This document shows, piece after piece, positions 40,692 to 53,636 of a stretch of DNA of 64,000 bases. The stretch is from Thecamonas trahens ATCC 50062. Its lineage: Eukaryota > Protista > Apusomonadida. The translations under genes and the position numbers were made by a program. A model generated the notes under the pieces. It saw nothing but the letters and a program-made list of their open reading frames with translations. It had not been told where the DNA came from and made no database searches. Position 1 is the stretch's first letter. Every line of letters starts with the position of its first letter. Where the stretch lies: assembly GCF_000142905.1 (NCBI RefSeq), contig NW_013657636.1:62001-126000 (forward strand). The letters are read 5' to 3'.

Positions 40692-43600
40692 TTACCACGC
40701 GTCGGCCATAAGCTCGTCCTCGGCCGTCTGAATGTCGGCCTGGGTGAGGAGGAAGCCCGAGTCATCGCGGATTTCCCAGAACTCGCCGGTCGGTGGCTCG
40801 AGGCCGGCCACCACATGGACGTGGCCGAGCTTGTTGACGATCCAGAACGAGCCGGCGCCGCCGCCGGTTCCCTCATCGGACCACAGCTGGCTCGGCGGTG
40901 ACGCCGCCGGCACCACCAGGCTTCGTAGGATGCACCGCATCGAGTCGAGCGCCGGTGGCTCGGGCGTCTTGGTCGCCACCATTCCCAGCGCGACGTAGCC
41001 ATCGCTCGGCGGCATGGCCTCCCACACATACACTGGCTCGGCTCCGCGGAGCTGCCGCCACACCTCATGGAACCGGATCGGGTGCGGGAAGAACTCGGCG
41101 AGGACCCGGTCGAGGTTCTTGGAGCCGGTCAGCCGCGATGCAGCCTTGTCCTTGAGATGAACCGTCAGCCGCTTGCCGAGCGAGTCCTTGCTCGGCGCCT
41201 TGTACGAGTCGGAGCCGTACATGCCGAGGCAGACCCCAACCCGCCGCGCGTGGAAGACCTTACCCAGCCCCGAATGCTGCACGTCCGGGAGCCAAAGCGA
41301 GACCAACGATCGCGAGCCCGTCCCCTGCGACGTCCACACTTTGACAAAGTCGTCCACTTCGAGCGTCTTAACCTTGGTCTTGAGGAGGACGGAACGATCG
41401 ACCATGGTGGCCTCGACGGCCTGTGCCTCGCCGTCCGCTCCGCTCTCCATCAGGCTCTTCGGCACCACCACCGCGTCGGTGAGGTCGTCGGCCAAGACCG
41501 TTACCGCCCAGTCCGATTCGTCCGAGTCGTGGAATGCTGCCCGGAACTCCTTCCACGTGATCTCGCCGTCGGCGTTCTGGTCGATCTCGGACACTAGCTC
41601 GCGGACCTGCTCCGGGCTCATGTTGATCCCGAGCCACTCGATGCCGCCGTACAGCTCCTCCGGGTTGAGGAACGCGTCGCCGTCGTGATCAAACAGCTGA
41701 AACGCGTCCTGCAGGTACAGGCCGCGCGATCGGAGGAGCGCACGGAACCGCTCCACCGCCGCCCGGTGCCGAAGCATGTCGTACTCGTCTGCTGTGACAA
41801 GGACGCGCTCCACAGCCTTGCCTGCGAGCGTGCCCTGCCACCGCCGCCGAAGGCTCCGCACCGCCGCAAAGTACTCGGTCCGTACCTCGACGCTGTTGTG
41901 CTGCAGCAGCCGAAGGAGCACGTTCGCCCGCTTCGACTTAAAGTGCATCTCAGAATTGAACCACCGGTAGGCATCCACCACGCCCTGCGTCGCGTACTGT
42001 GGGCCGGGGGAGTACAGCTCTGACGCGTCCAGCACCACATCGCCAAACCGGAGCGCCACGGCGGTCCGCTCGCCGCCGGTTGCAACGTCGTCCTCGTCGA
42101 GCGAAGACCACTCGGTGTCGCTTGCCGACGAGCTCGACCCGCGCGCCCCAGAGTCCTCCACGCCATCAAACACCATCCCATCAAACAGCGAGCCCGCAGC
42201 CTGCCGGAGGTGGAGCCACCCACGGATGTCCTGCGCCTCTTCGAGCGTGACTGCCACGTAGTACCGCCCGTCCTGCGCCCCATAGAACGAGTGCGACGCC
42301 ATTGCCTCGATCATCTCGTCGATGTCTACAACTCCGTTGTTGTTGCGGTCCATCGCCCGGAACGCTGCCGACAGCGACGCCGCCAGGCTCTCGCGCTGCG
42401 CCTCGTACTCGGCGTCAGAGTCGTCAGAGTCGTACCCGGCGTCAGCGTTGCCTTCGCCGGCTCCGCCAAAGATCGAGCCCGGTGCGTGTGGCTTGGGGAA
42501 TACATCCATGTCCAGTGACTTGAGCACATACCTCATTTCGACCTCGTTGAGGCACTCGTCTGAGTTGATGTCGAACATGCCAAACGCCGACCGCAGCTTG
42601 GCCAACTGCTCCTCGGTCAGCGGGTGCGAGTCCGGCACAGGCTCCAGGCTCGCCGCAGGCACCAGCGCCGCAACATCTGGTATGTACTCAACAAGCACCG
42701 TCACGTTCTTGAGCCGCCGGTACTTGGACGACACGCCCCACTTGGGTGCGTAGTGGTTCGTCGACACATGCATCGCAGATGGAAAGTTGAGCTCTGGCGA
42801 CTGGCCCTCGGGCGTCTTGACCCGCAGCTGAGAGAGCGGGTAGAACGGACCGCCCGGCGCCTTGCACAGCCGATCCAGCCGCCACGACTTGGCCTTGGGC
42901 GCCTTGCGATAGTAGTTGCGCTTGACAGGCTCCATCACCGCAATCGCCTCCTGCTCCTGCTCGATCTCCATCTCCTGCTCCTGCTCCTGCTCCTGTTCTT
43001 GCTCTTGCTCCTGTTCTTGCTCTTGGACCATCTCAGAGGTAAATGCTCGTGCCGCCGCATCGTCCTCGTCAACCTCGGACTCGGCCTCAGACTCGGAGCC
43101 GGCCACGGCAACGTGCGGGTGGAGGACGGCCTCGACCACAGCCTTCTCCTCCGGCGTGACCACAAAGACGGCCCGCGACGCCGCGAGAGCCTCCAACCGC
43201 GCTAGCCCGTCCGAGCTCGCACTTGGCACCGTATTGTCCACCGCCATGTCAATACGCTCGCGGAAGACGTCGACGCAGTCGCGGAGCGACGGGCCGCCGC
43301 CATCCGAAGCAAGCGACAGGTGTGGCGTGTGCTCTGGCGCAAGAATAACCTCCAGCTGACGGTACGCGTGCTTTCGCCAGACGTTAGCCAGGTTCTGCTC
43401 GCGAAGGAGCGAGGCCTGCAGCTTCTCCGCCTTCATCGAGTTGATGGTCAGCCACGCCGTGACGTCGTTGAGGAAGCCTGGCGAGGCCATGTCGACCTCG
43501 GCCCGGCTCGGGTCACCGATCGCCACCTCGATCTCGATCAGCCGCAGCACCTCGGGAATGACGTAGAGGACGAGCGTCTGGCCCTTGCCAATGCCACGCA

Positions 43601-46600
43601 TCCGGTATGCGCCTTGCGCGTAGTCACGGAACGTCATGTCCTTACCGAGCGTGAGCACCGCAGACGCCGTGTAGCTCTGCTTGATGTCCATCCCGGTCGT
43701 GTGGATCTGGTCGTAGAACGAGAACCGCTTCGACTTGGCAATTCCGCACTGCTCCAGCTTCATGACCTTGTAACCCGAGCGAACAAGAATCATCTTGCGG
43801 TCGAGCTCGTCAAGGAACACCACTCCATCCATGTCGGGAAGTCCAGCGTCAAGCAGGTACCGCGCCACTTCCTCGTTCGTCAGCCCCGTGATGAGCGCCC
43901 CAGTGTCAATGAGCGCCGAGAAGCCGGCCTCCGACTGGGCAATCTCGTCCAAAAGGCTCGTCGCGCACCAGCCTTTGGCCACAGCATGCGCAGACACAAT
44001 CGACGGTGACGTGAGCGTCGAAATCATCTTGCCGTCGTCGCCGGTCTCAAACGCGCACTTGCCAAACTCGACAGGCAGCAAGTCCGACGGCGTGCCCGAG
44101 AATCCGAGCCGCGTCGCAAACAGCAGATCACCACCAAGCTCCTGGCCCGAGGCTGTGAGCTTGAGCGTCTGGAACTCCATCGTCTTGGGGAACACCATCT
44201 CGAACAGGTACCACTGGATGAGGTGCGGCGACGATGAGAGCAACTTGTACAGCACATGCATCTGCTCCGCGTCGCGAGTGTTGAGAATCTGCAACGCCCA
44301 CACGTCGTCGTACGGCGAGAGGTACTTGGGCCCGTCTCCGGCAGCATCGAGCGCCTTGGCCGCGGCCACGAGCGGCGAGACCGCCACAAGCGCACCGACC
44401 TCGCCGGCCTCGCGCACCCCGCCCATCCTCACCTCCATCGACGCCGCCTTGAGCGTCGCAGCAAGGTCGAGGCCCTCAATAGCGTCGAGCTCGAGCTCGC
44501 CGGCAGCATCGCCTGTTGCGGCCGGCGGTGACGATGTGGCCGGCGATGGCTCCAGCGCAGCCATGTTGATCTGCGCCGCCTGGACAGCAGCAAGAAGGGA
44601 GTCACTGTCGAGCTCGTCGTCGGACGACGACGCAGCGTCAGCAACAGCTGCAGCAGCCGTGGCGTCGGTGGCATCCGTCTCAGCCTTGCCTTTGTCTTGG
44701 CTTGTGCCAAACGCGTCGTGCGCTCGGGACGAGGCCTTGGCCGACTCGGCAATGACCTTCCGGTTGAGGGCGCGCCACTTGGCAGAGCCGCGGACAGCGC
44801 CGCCAGCACGCTCAACCCAGGTCTGATACGTGGCACACGCAACTCGCTTCTCGTACGGGCCAGACTCGGCAGCCATGTCCTTTTTGAGCTGGGACATGAC
44901 GGCGGCAAAGTCAGACGGCCGGATGCCCTCATAACGATAGGCGAGAATGGTGAGGCCCAGCACCACGTCCGGGTGCGAAAACTCCGAAGCCGGCGACGGC
45001 ACATCCTTGCCGATGTACGGCACCGCAAGGAGCTTGCGCGCCTCAGGCATGGCCGGATCGCGCGCCAGCGCCATCGAGAGCGCCAGCGGTGAGAGCAGCC
45101 CGTACTTGACCCGGTTGATCTTGGAGAGAACATGCGGCATGAAACAGTTGAGCCAAGAGTACGAGAGATTGAGGAGGCGAATTTGCCCGTCATTCATGTG
45201 GGCGGCGATGGCGGCGGCGGCGTCCGGCGCGGCCACAGGCCCATGCAACAGGTACTCGTGGATTGAGGAGCGGGCCACAGCCTTGGGCATCTTCTTGTCC
45301 GCAAAGAACACCAGCATCCACTGCGCAAGAAGCGGCTTGATGGCGTCGTGGTAGTAGCCCTTGTCGAGGAGCACAAGATGCGGCGTCATCTGCAGCGCCT
45401 GCAGTCGCGAGCCAGCGTCAAGGACCGCGTCAATCTGCTCGAGCGTCGAGAGCGCAAACGTCGAGTCCTGCGCATCGACAGTCATGGCCCGCGGCGAGAC
45501 TGCGTCGAGGAGGTGCCACGGCACAGCCCAGCGGAGACCATGCGCGGTAAAGTCAAGCGGATCCTTTGGCCCCATCGGCCAGTTGAGCTCAGACTTGAGC
45601 GGATGGAGCAAGAGATCGACTTCGTCCAGCATCAGCGAGCCGTCCTCAAACATCTCCAAAATGGAGACACATAGCGTTGCCTGCGCACGGAGCGCGTCAA
45701 GGAGCGGTGTGTTGCTCGCCGATGACTCGGTAATCTTGCGCTTGAGCCGAGCAATGAGCCCACGCGGAATGGCGGCGTCCTCGGACGACCGCGTCTGTTC
45801 CGACTCGAGAATGTGTACAATCTCCACAAACTTGATGGCAAACGACTTGATGGCGGTGGGCGAGGCAATGACTACCGCGCCAGACGCCCGCGCCTTGCGG
45901 AGCTTGGCAAGCAGCGACGCGTCGACCTCGGACGACCGCGAGAACTCAAAGGTGTACACAGGTTTGCGAATGAGAGACGAGAACTTTTCGCGCATCACCG
46001 ACCGCGAGAACGGCAGGAGCGCCGCCGGAACAACCTGAACGACTAGCTTGGGCGAGGCCGTGAGCATGAGCGCAAGAAGCGGCGCGACAACCGTCGTCTT
46101 GCCAGCGCCCATGATCATCTGGTGGCAAAGCGAGCTACCCGACTCGACCGAGCCCATAAACTTGCCGACAAGCGTAACCTGCGCCGCGCGGAGGAGAAGG
46201 CTCGACGAGAACTCAAAAATGAGAAAGCGCGGATCATACGTCACGCCGCGGTCGCCCACCTTCATGTAGTGGCGTGAGGCCGAGAGCGCCGCCGCCAGCT
46301 CGTTGGCTTTGAGAGAGACAGCCGACGGCGACGCGCTGGAGCCCGGTGCGAGGAGGCCGAGAAGGTCGCGCGCCAGAGAGAGCGCCCGCGTCGCTGCTGC
46401 AATGCGGTTGACCACAAGGAGGGCCGAGACAAGAACGAGCTCGAGCGCCGATGCAAGCGAGAGGTCGTCAAACCATGGGTGGTAGACGCTGAGCGAGGAC
46501 ATGCCTTGCGGCGAGAGCAGCCACGCGACAAGCATCTCAAACGAGAGGCGCGGGACGATGCCGGCGGCAAGACTCAACCGCGCAGCAAGCGTCTGGGCAG

Positions 46601-49600
46601 TCCCGCCATTGACGAGCTCCATAACCGCAGAAATGGTGGCGGCAGCGCGCGCCCGGTCAGCAGCAAGCAGCGCTTCCAGCTTTGAGGCCAGCTCCGAGAC
46701 CGACGTGGTGTCACAGACACGGATCGACGGCGGCAGCGCAGCGTTCGTTGCCGCAGCATGCGCGGCAACGTCAGCCGTGAGGCGCTCGAGCATGGCAACC
46801 GCAATGGGCGCCTTCGACGCCGGGTGGCGCGAGACATCAAATGGAAGTTCAGCAGAGAGCTGCTTGTCTGCAGACTTGGTCTCGACGTACAAGTCGAGGC
46901 CAAGCGGCGCGAGCGGGTTGCCAGCAAAGGCAGCGACGTCGTCCGGCGAGAGTGTCACCAGGGCGGGGAAGCGATCGGCATGCGCGTCAAGCGGGCGGAG
47001 CCGGCGGAGCGCGCACCCTGTGTTCACCACCCGCGGCGCAAGAAGGCCGTTGCTCGAGAGGTAGTCTTGGGTGACAGGGCCAACTTCAAAGGCCATTGGC
47101 GCCTGGCGCGGAGCATCGGCGACAGCTTCGGCGACGGCGGCCGAGACGTCGAGCTCCGACCAACGGGACGAGACCGCCGAGTGAACAGCCTTGAGCAGGC
47201 GAATGCCTGCGCCACCCTTCTTGAAGAATCTCGACTGCTTGGCGGCGAGCACGACCGGATAGTGCGGGAATAGGTCGCGATCGGCAGTGGCAAGCTGCGG
47301 GTGCCACGAGAGAAGCTGCAGGATCGAGCGGAGGTTAGAAGGCTCGGCAAAAACGTCATCGGGCAGGAGGCGAAGGAGAAAGTAGCCGAGTGTGTAGCCG
47401 GCGTCGTCGCGGAGGAGAAGACGAATGCCGAGCGACGAGGTGAGGAGCTCGTAGAGGAAGAGGAAGCCAAGCGGACCGGTGAGGCGAACGTCGCCAACGT
47501 CGAGGGCCGAAGCGACAAGCTCCATCGCCGGTGTGCCTGACTTGTACTCGTCGGCCGGTCGCTCGTAGAACGGCAGCGAGCGGTTAAGAAGCTTGAACTT
47601 TGAAGAGCTCTGGGCAGCCGAGTCGTCGACTGGAAGGGTCTCGAAGCAGAGCGAGGCACGGCGGACTGTCGGGAGCTTGAGAGGGAGGCGAGGTGCGGAG
47701 CGGGAGGCGCCTTCGGGACGACACCATGTGGCGCAAAGGCGGTAAAGGCCTCGTTGAGAACGCGAGTGTTGAAGACAAAGTAGTGGTGGTCAAGCGCCGA
47801 GCCGACAGCTTCGAGACACTCAAGCTCTTCGGCCATCGAGAGCCGAGCGGCGGCGGGAACGTAGTCGCGCCAGCAAAGGTAGGCCTCGAGCTCAGAGGCA
47901 AAATCGAATGGAAGCGGCATGGTGGGACGCGCCGCAAGAGTGGCCAGGCCAATCTTGACCCGAGCGGCGTGGGCAGCAGGCGAGACGTCGTCGGCAACAA
48001 CAGCGAGCGAGGCAAAGATCTGTGCCTCCTCTGCCGAGAGCTCAGTGTCGGTGACAATGGACTCTGCCATGGCAACAACGTCGGCATAGCGCCGAGCAAT
48101 GAACCGCCAGAGCAAGAGGTAGAGCGAGGCCGAGAGCGTGGGTGGAATGACGAATGCATGCGAGTCATGAACAGTGTAGAGGTAGTGCTTAACGTCGCCG
48201 ACCGCCGCGTGCCACCGAGCATTCGAGCGGTTGAGGATGAGCGCGGTGCGGAAGAGACTTGCTCCGGGCTTCTTGAGCGGCTGGGTGAGGGCCGGGACAA
48301 GAATGGCGTACTGCGCGTAGTCATTAACGAGGACAAGTGAGGCCGGAAGGCCGTGGAGGAGCGGATCAAGCCAAGCTTCGGCAGTGGCAAGCTCGTCAGG
48401 CCCAGCAAGATGGTAGCCGGCATGCTCCGCCGAGGCGAGGCGACCGGCGGAGTCGACCACAAACGAAAGGCCGAGCCGCGGGAGCTCAACACAGCCGAGC
48501 TCGTCGGGAGCTCCCGGCTTAGACCACGGAAGAATGTGAGCCAGGTCCTCGGCGCGCATAAAGAGCTCGGCGAGCTTGCGGGCCGGCGATGATGCAGGAG
48601 TCGTGGCCAGGTTGTAGAGCGTCGCCGGCTGAGCGTCTGGCGCAGCAACAAGGCGGGCGCCGCGCGTGACAGCAGGCACGCGCGCAATGGTGGCGAGCTG
48701 GGATGGCTCGCCACCGCCTGCGGGTGAGACGACGATGAGAGTCGAGGCAAAGTCTGGTGCAGAAAGGTACGGCGACGTCGCCGCGTCTGGGGTAAAGTGC
48801 GGGTCCGGATAGCCGCGGATGATGCGGGTGGCATCGTCCTGCCAGTAGAGACGACCCTCAAGGAGGGCGTGCGGGAGGACACCGCGGAGGTAGCGAGCAG
48901 GAATAAACTGCTCCCACGCCATGTCGCCGCCAAGGCCGCGCTTGATGACAAGCGAGCGGGTCCGGATCTCGGGTGCTTGGGGGGTACCGACCGAGTACGA
49001 GGAGATCGGCTCAAGAGTGGCGAGGCAGAGCGGGGCCGATGACGTTGCAACAAGCGAGCGGAAGAGACGGCGGCCGTGCTCGGCCACGTTGAAGACATGG
49101 ATAGCTGGTGGTGAGCGGGTGACGTACAGCTCCTTGAGCGTATCGCCGTGCATGCCCGAGACAACGGCATCGTTGGCAGAGGCTAGCGGCGTCTCCGAGG
49201 TCTCCACAACAAATGGGATGAGGCCCGGTAGGTTCTTGGCCACAAACGGCTCGACGAGGGCGCGGAGCCAGTGCTCCGCAGCGGAGAGCTTGGAGAGCGG
49301 GCGGAGGCCGAGGTGCGGGTAGGCGTCGCGGGTGTCGACATCCCAAACAAAGACGTCGTGGCGGATGCCGACCAAGCGCATCCATGCGCAGTGATCACGG
49401 CGCTCGACATCGACAACTTGCATGCGGGCAGCGCCGAGGGCAGAGCGGCCAAAGACAGCAACAAAGTCGGGATGGGCGCCGACATCGTCGTCAAGCACCT
49501 TCATGCGGCGCTTCTTGAGCGTAAACTCACCGAGCTGGACGTTGACCTCGGTGGCAATGTCTGCGGTGGTGACCCGGGTGAGCCAATCCCGGAACAACTC

Positions 49601-52600
49601 GCCATCGGTCGGCTCGGTCGAGGACATGAGGATGAGCTCGGGTTCGGGCACGTAGCGGCCGGCACACCAGGCGCGGTCAAGCGGAAGCCAGTTGCGGGCG
49701 TTGAGCGCGGCGGGGTGATCCGGCGAGTCTGGAACAACAAGGTCGGTGACCGAGCCGGCAAAAGTCATGACCTTGATGAGATGCTCCATGATGGCGTTGG
49801 TGGCGAGCGGGTGGGCCAGAAGCCAGTCGTGAATCTTGGAGCGCGCGCTCTGGAAGAGCTGGAACATCTCAATCTGCGGGAAGCCGAGATCGGCCTCGAC
49901 TGCAGCCTCAAGCGATGCCACGTTCTCGTCGTCACGGTCAACAGCGACAAACGGAGCTGTGGCGGTGACCTCGAGCGAGAACCGGTAGTTAGCGTTGAGG
50001 AAGAGCTGCGAGGCAAGGAGACAAAAGACAGCACGCGACGAGAGCTCGCGCCAGTCGGGCATGTTCTTGAAAATGTAGCCGATGTGGGCCATGATGATGC
50101 AAGCGCGCGAAATGTTGCGGCTCTTGCCCGACATGGCATCGATGCGCCACGACTCGAGGATGTCAACAACGTTGTGGGTGAGGACAAAGGCAAGGCGCGA
50201 CTCGGCGTCGGCGAGAACGGTGCGAGCCGAGGGCGAGAGATCGAGCCCGCGAACGTGTGAAGCGCCGCCGACGCCAGCGGGCGCGTCGGCGGAAGACTCG
50301 CGCCAGGCTGCGTTGGTGAGGAGCGTCTGGATGTACGACTGGACGCGGACAAGGAGGCGGATGACAAAGAGGATAACCGACGACGACGACTCGACGTAGC
50401 GCCCGGTGTCGAGCTGGAGCGCAAGCTCCAGCAGCGACTCGAGCGCCGGGAGGAGAACGTGCGGCGCGTGGAGGAGCTCGTTGAAGAGGAGGCCGGCCGG
50501 CGTGGCCAGATGGTCCTTGGTCGGCGACGGAATGACTGCCGGTGCAACGCGGTCGCTGGTGTCAAGCCAGAGGCCAGGCTCAAAGAGGGTGGCGTCCAGC
50601 ACGTCCTGCAGCAGCGGGGAAGCCAGGGCCTGGATGCGGGCGTCGTCGGCAAAGAACCGGATAACAAGCGGGATGCGAATGTAGGGGACAGTGAGGAAGG
50701 AGAGAAGGAGCTCGGCATCGGCAGGCGCAAGCGTCTTGTCAAAGTCGGGCAGGTTCTGGATGTGCAGCACGTCTTCTTCGGAGGTGATGGGCGAGCCAGC
50801 AAGGACAGACGGGTCCGAGCCGGTGGGCGGAGCGCGGGAAGCAATGCCCGCGAGGCGCTCGGCCTTGGCACGGGCTTTAGCACCAAAGAAGCCGCCGAGC
50901 TTGGCCACGAGCTTGGCGCCCGAGGTAGGGCCGGTGACAACCGGGTCGAGCTTTTCATCAAAGCCGGTGACGACAAAGACTTCGTCCGAACTTTGGTACG
51001 AGAATGAGAGCGCCGCGTCGTTCGGCCGCCACGCCTTGAGCGGCGGGAGCGCGGATGAGGTAGGCGCCATGAGCAGCTTAAAGGTGAAGACAATGTCGCG
51101 GAGGTGGCTCAGCTCGGGATACACGTCGACCATAAGCGGATCCTCGCCAGAGAGGTAGGCCGGGCGCTTGTCAGGCGCGTCGTCAAAGCCAAGCTGGAGC
51201 GCAAGGTTGCCGATGAAAAGCGCATCGGCGGGCGAGAAGGCGCGTGACCGCTCGTAGGCAAAGATGACATGAGAACCCGAGCCGAGCGGGTCAACAAGGG
51301 CCTCGATGTCGTCAAAGTAGTCGAGGAGCTGGGTGCGAGCGGTGACGTGAGCCGGGTCAACGAGACGCATGGTCTCGGACTCTTCGGCAAAGTGGCCCAT
51401 GGTAAAGCCAAATGGTGCGAGTGGACCGGGCGCAGTGCCGTTGTAGTGGAGTGAGAGCTGGGAGACAACGTCGGCGGCCGGAACGCGAAGGATGGCGTCG
51501 GCGAGGGCGGCGATGCAGCCAAGGGTGATGATGCGGGCTGCGTCGAACGAGCGGGTAAGCTTGAGCGAGAGCGAGACAGCAGCAAAGTGGCGGGCGAGAA
51601 GCGCCAGAAGGCGAAGGAGCTCGTTCTGGGTCGCGCGGGTGATCGGAAGCGCTCGCCAGAAGCACCGGTCTGCGGCTGATGACGACGGCGGGAGCGGAAG
51701 CGGGATGACCGAGGTGAAGACCGAGACAAGGAGCGAGGCCCGAAGCGCATATGTGTTGCGGATGATGGCCGCTTGGTTGTCGAGGAGGGTGCAGACGTCA
51801 AGAGCGTTGCGAAGGAGGACAGCAACATCGGCAGGCGTGCTGACAGTCGACGCGACGGAGGTGAGTTCGACTGGGCGGAGAATTTGCGGCGCAGCGGCGT
51901 CACCAGCGAGTGCAGTCGTGTCGACAGCCTCGAACAGCCGGTCGAGGAGTGGGAAGGTCTTGGCCACGCCTGGAAGCGGCGCAGGAAGCGCCGGAAGCGG
52001 AGTAGGGAGCGACGGAGACGACGCCGCTTCAATGGCCGCAGAGAGGGCCTCGACAGCGGCGACGGCGGCATCCGACGGTGCATCGAGCGCGGCGCGTGCA
52101 AGGCCGGCACGAACAGCTCGGATCATGACAAGCTCGGAAGACGACGGCGGTGTAGCGGTGGCATCGCGCGCGACTTGCTCCGCCAGCGCAGTGACAAGCG
52201 CGACGGCGACGGCAGGCGCAGAGTCGGGCGGCGCCATGGCCAGGAGCGCAACCTTGGCTAGGAGGGCCGACGACGCGTCCGCGCCGCGCGGGGCAGGGAG
52301 GAGAGTAGCCGGCTGAGTGGCGTACGAGGCCACCGCGGCAAACGGCCTGTTGTTCAGCGCCGGGATGAGGCGCTCGTAGAGGACGGCGGCAGGGTGGAGG
52401 GGAGGTGTCGCTTGGGCATCGGCCTCGGCCGTCGGCGCCGCCAACGGGAAAAGCGAGCGGTAAGCTAGGAACCAAAAGGCCGAGTTGGTCAGCCGCTGGG
52501 TCGGAACGTTGAGGGCGGTGATGGCCATGTGCCGCGAGGCGACAGCACGCGGTGCCACAATGTCAGCAGGGTGGTAGTCTGCGCCAGGCGGGCCGGCGTT

Positions 52601-53533
52601 GCAGACCGTAAACGACACGGCGTCAGCCGAGGTCTTGCGGACGACAAAGACAATAAGATGAGCAACGGAAGAGGCTGGATCGCGCCAGCCGCCCGGAATG
52701 AGGAGGAGGTCGTCAACCGAGAGCGCTGCCACCCGCGAGGTCACCGACTCGAGCAGCCAAAGGAGGTCCGTCGACTCGGCCATGCGAGTGGCGATCTGTG
52801 CGCCGGCTGTGAGGGCGGCAGCCAGCGGAGGGTAGCTCGAGCTGATGGCATCGGCGTAGATGTTGAGCGTGGCAGAGAGCGCCGTGAGCGGCGTCGCCAG
52901 AGTGGTCGCCGGCGTCGTGGAAGTCGGCGGAAGCGACGGGTCGGCAAAAAGGTCGATGAGCGTCTGGGTCCGCCACAGCGGGGACGATCCGCCGCCGATG
53001 GCCGCCACAGTTCCGGCACTGGCCGCTGCTCCCGGCATGGTCGGGAGCGAGCGGGACGCGCCGGTGGCAGAGGCGGGGCTTGGGAGCGGCTTCGGCTTGA
53101 CCACGGGCTTGGGCAGCGGTTTGGGCTTGACCGCGGGCTTGGGCAGCGGCTTGGACGGAGAGGCGGAGGCAGCAGCGTCAGCGGAACCAGAGACGGAGGC
53201 GGGGGTCGGCGCCGGCTCAGGGTCGGCATCAGGAACAGCCTCCGCGTCGGCATCGGCGATGGCCGAGGCGGCAGCGGTGAGGGCATCAAGGTCAAAGTCG
53301 TCATCGTCGTCCACGTTGCTGTTGACCATCTCGATGTATGATGACGGAACATAGCCCGTGGCGCCAGAGGCGGTAGAGCGGCAAAAAGCCCACTCCGGAT
53401 CGGTCTCGTTGTCGAGCACGTCGAGCATGTCGCCTTGGGAGACAGCAAGGGTGTCGCCTTCGTCGCCCGCGTACTCGTACAGCGCACATGCGAGGAGTCC
53501 GCCGCCGTCGGTGGGAACCGACGTGGAAGACAT
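40692..53533 (-). CDS. Giant (~4,280 aa) SH3 + DUF3638/DUF3645 SF2-helicase-like + EF-hand x4 + Vps62/DUF946-like protein; one -1 frameshift at ~47660-47720
   Basis: ATG 53533. SH3 ALYEYAG..LAV..W...GYVPSSYI. QMIMGAGKTT, LDEVD, LAVPYIGKDVPSPASEFSHPDV, GFSGT, DQIHTTGMD, QGAYRMRG, (EQ)n tract, EF loops, C-terminal VYVWEAMPPSDGYVALGMV. The two long track ORFs overlap in adjacent frames and the total span (12,842 nt) is one base short of 3n. Confidence 0.8.
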
Positions 53534-53636
53534 GCGCGAGGGAGGGGGGGGGGAGGGGGGGGAGTAAGGCTGGTACGGTGTGGAGACAGAGTGGGGTGGG
53601 TTGCCATCAGGCGTTGCGGAATGTGGCGGTGGGGGT

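Noticed and set aside
47024-47660. C-terminal tail of the 2630-aa track ORF and a separate gene starting at 47525
   Set aside because: The tail is S/R-rich out-of-frame sequence; the adjacent frame is already protein-like upstream of 47525, indicating one frameshifted gene.
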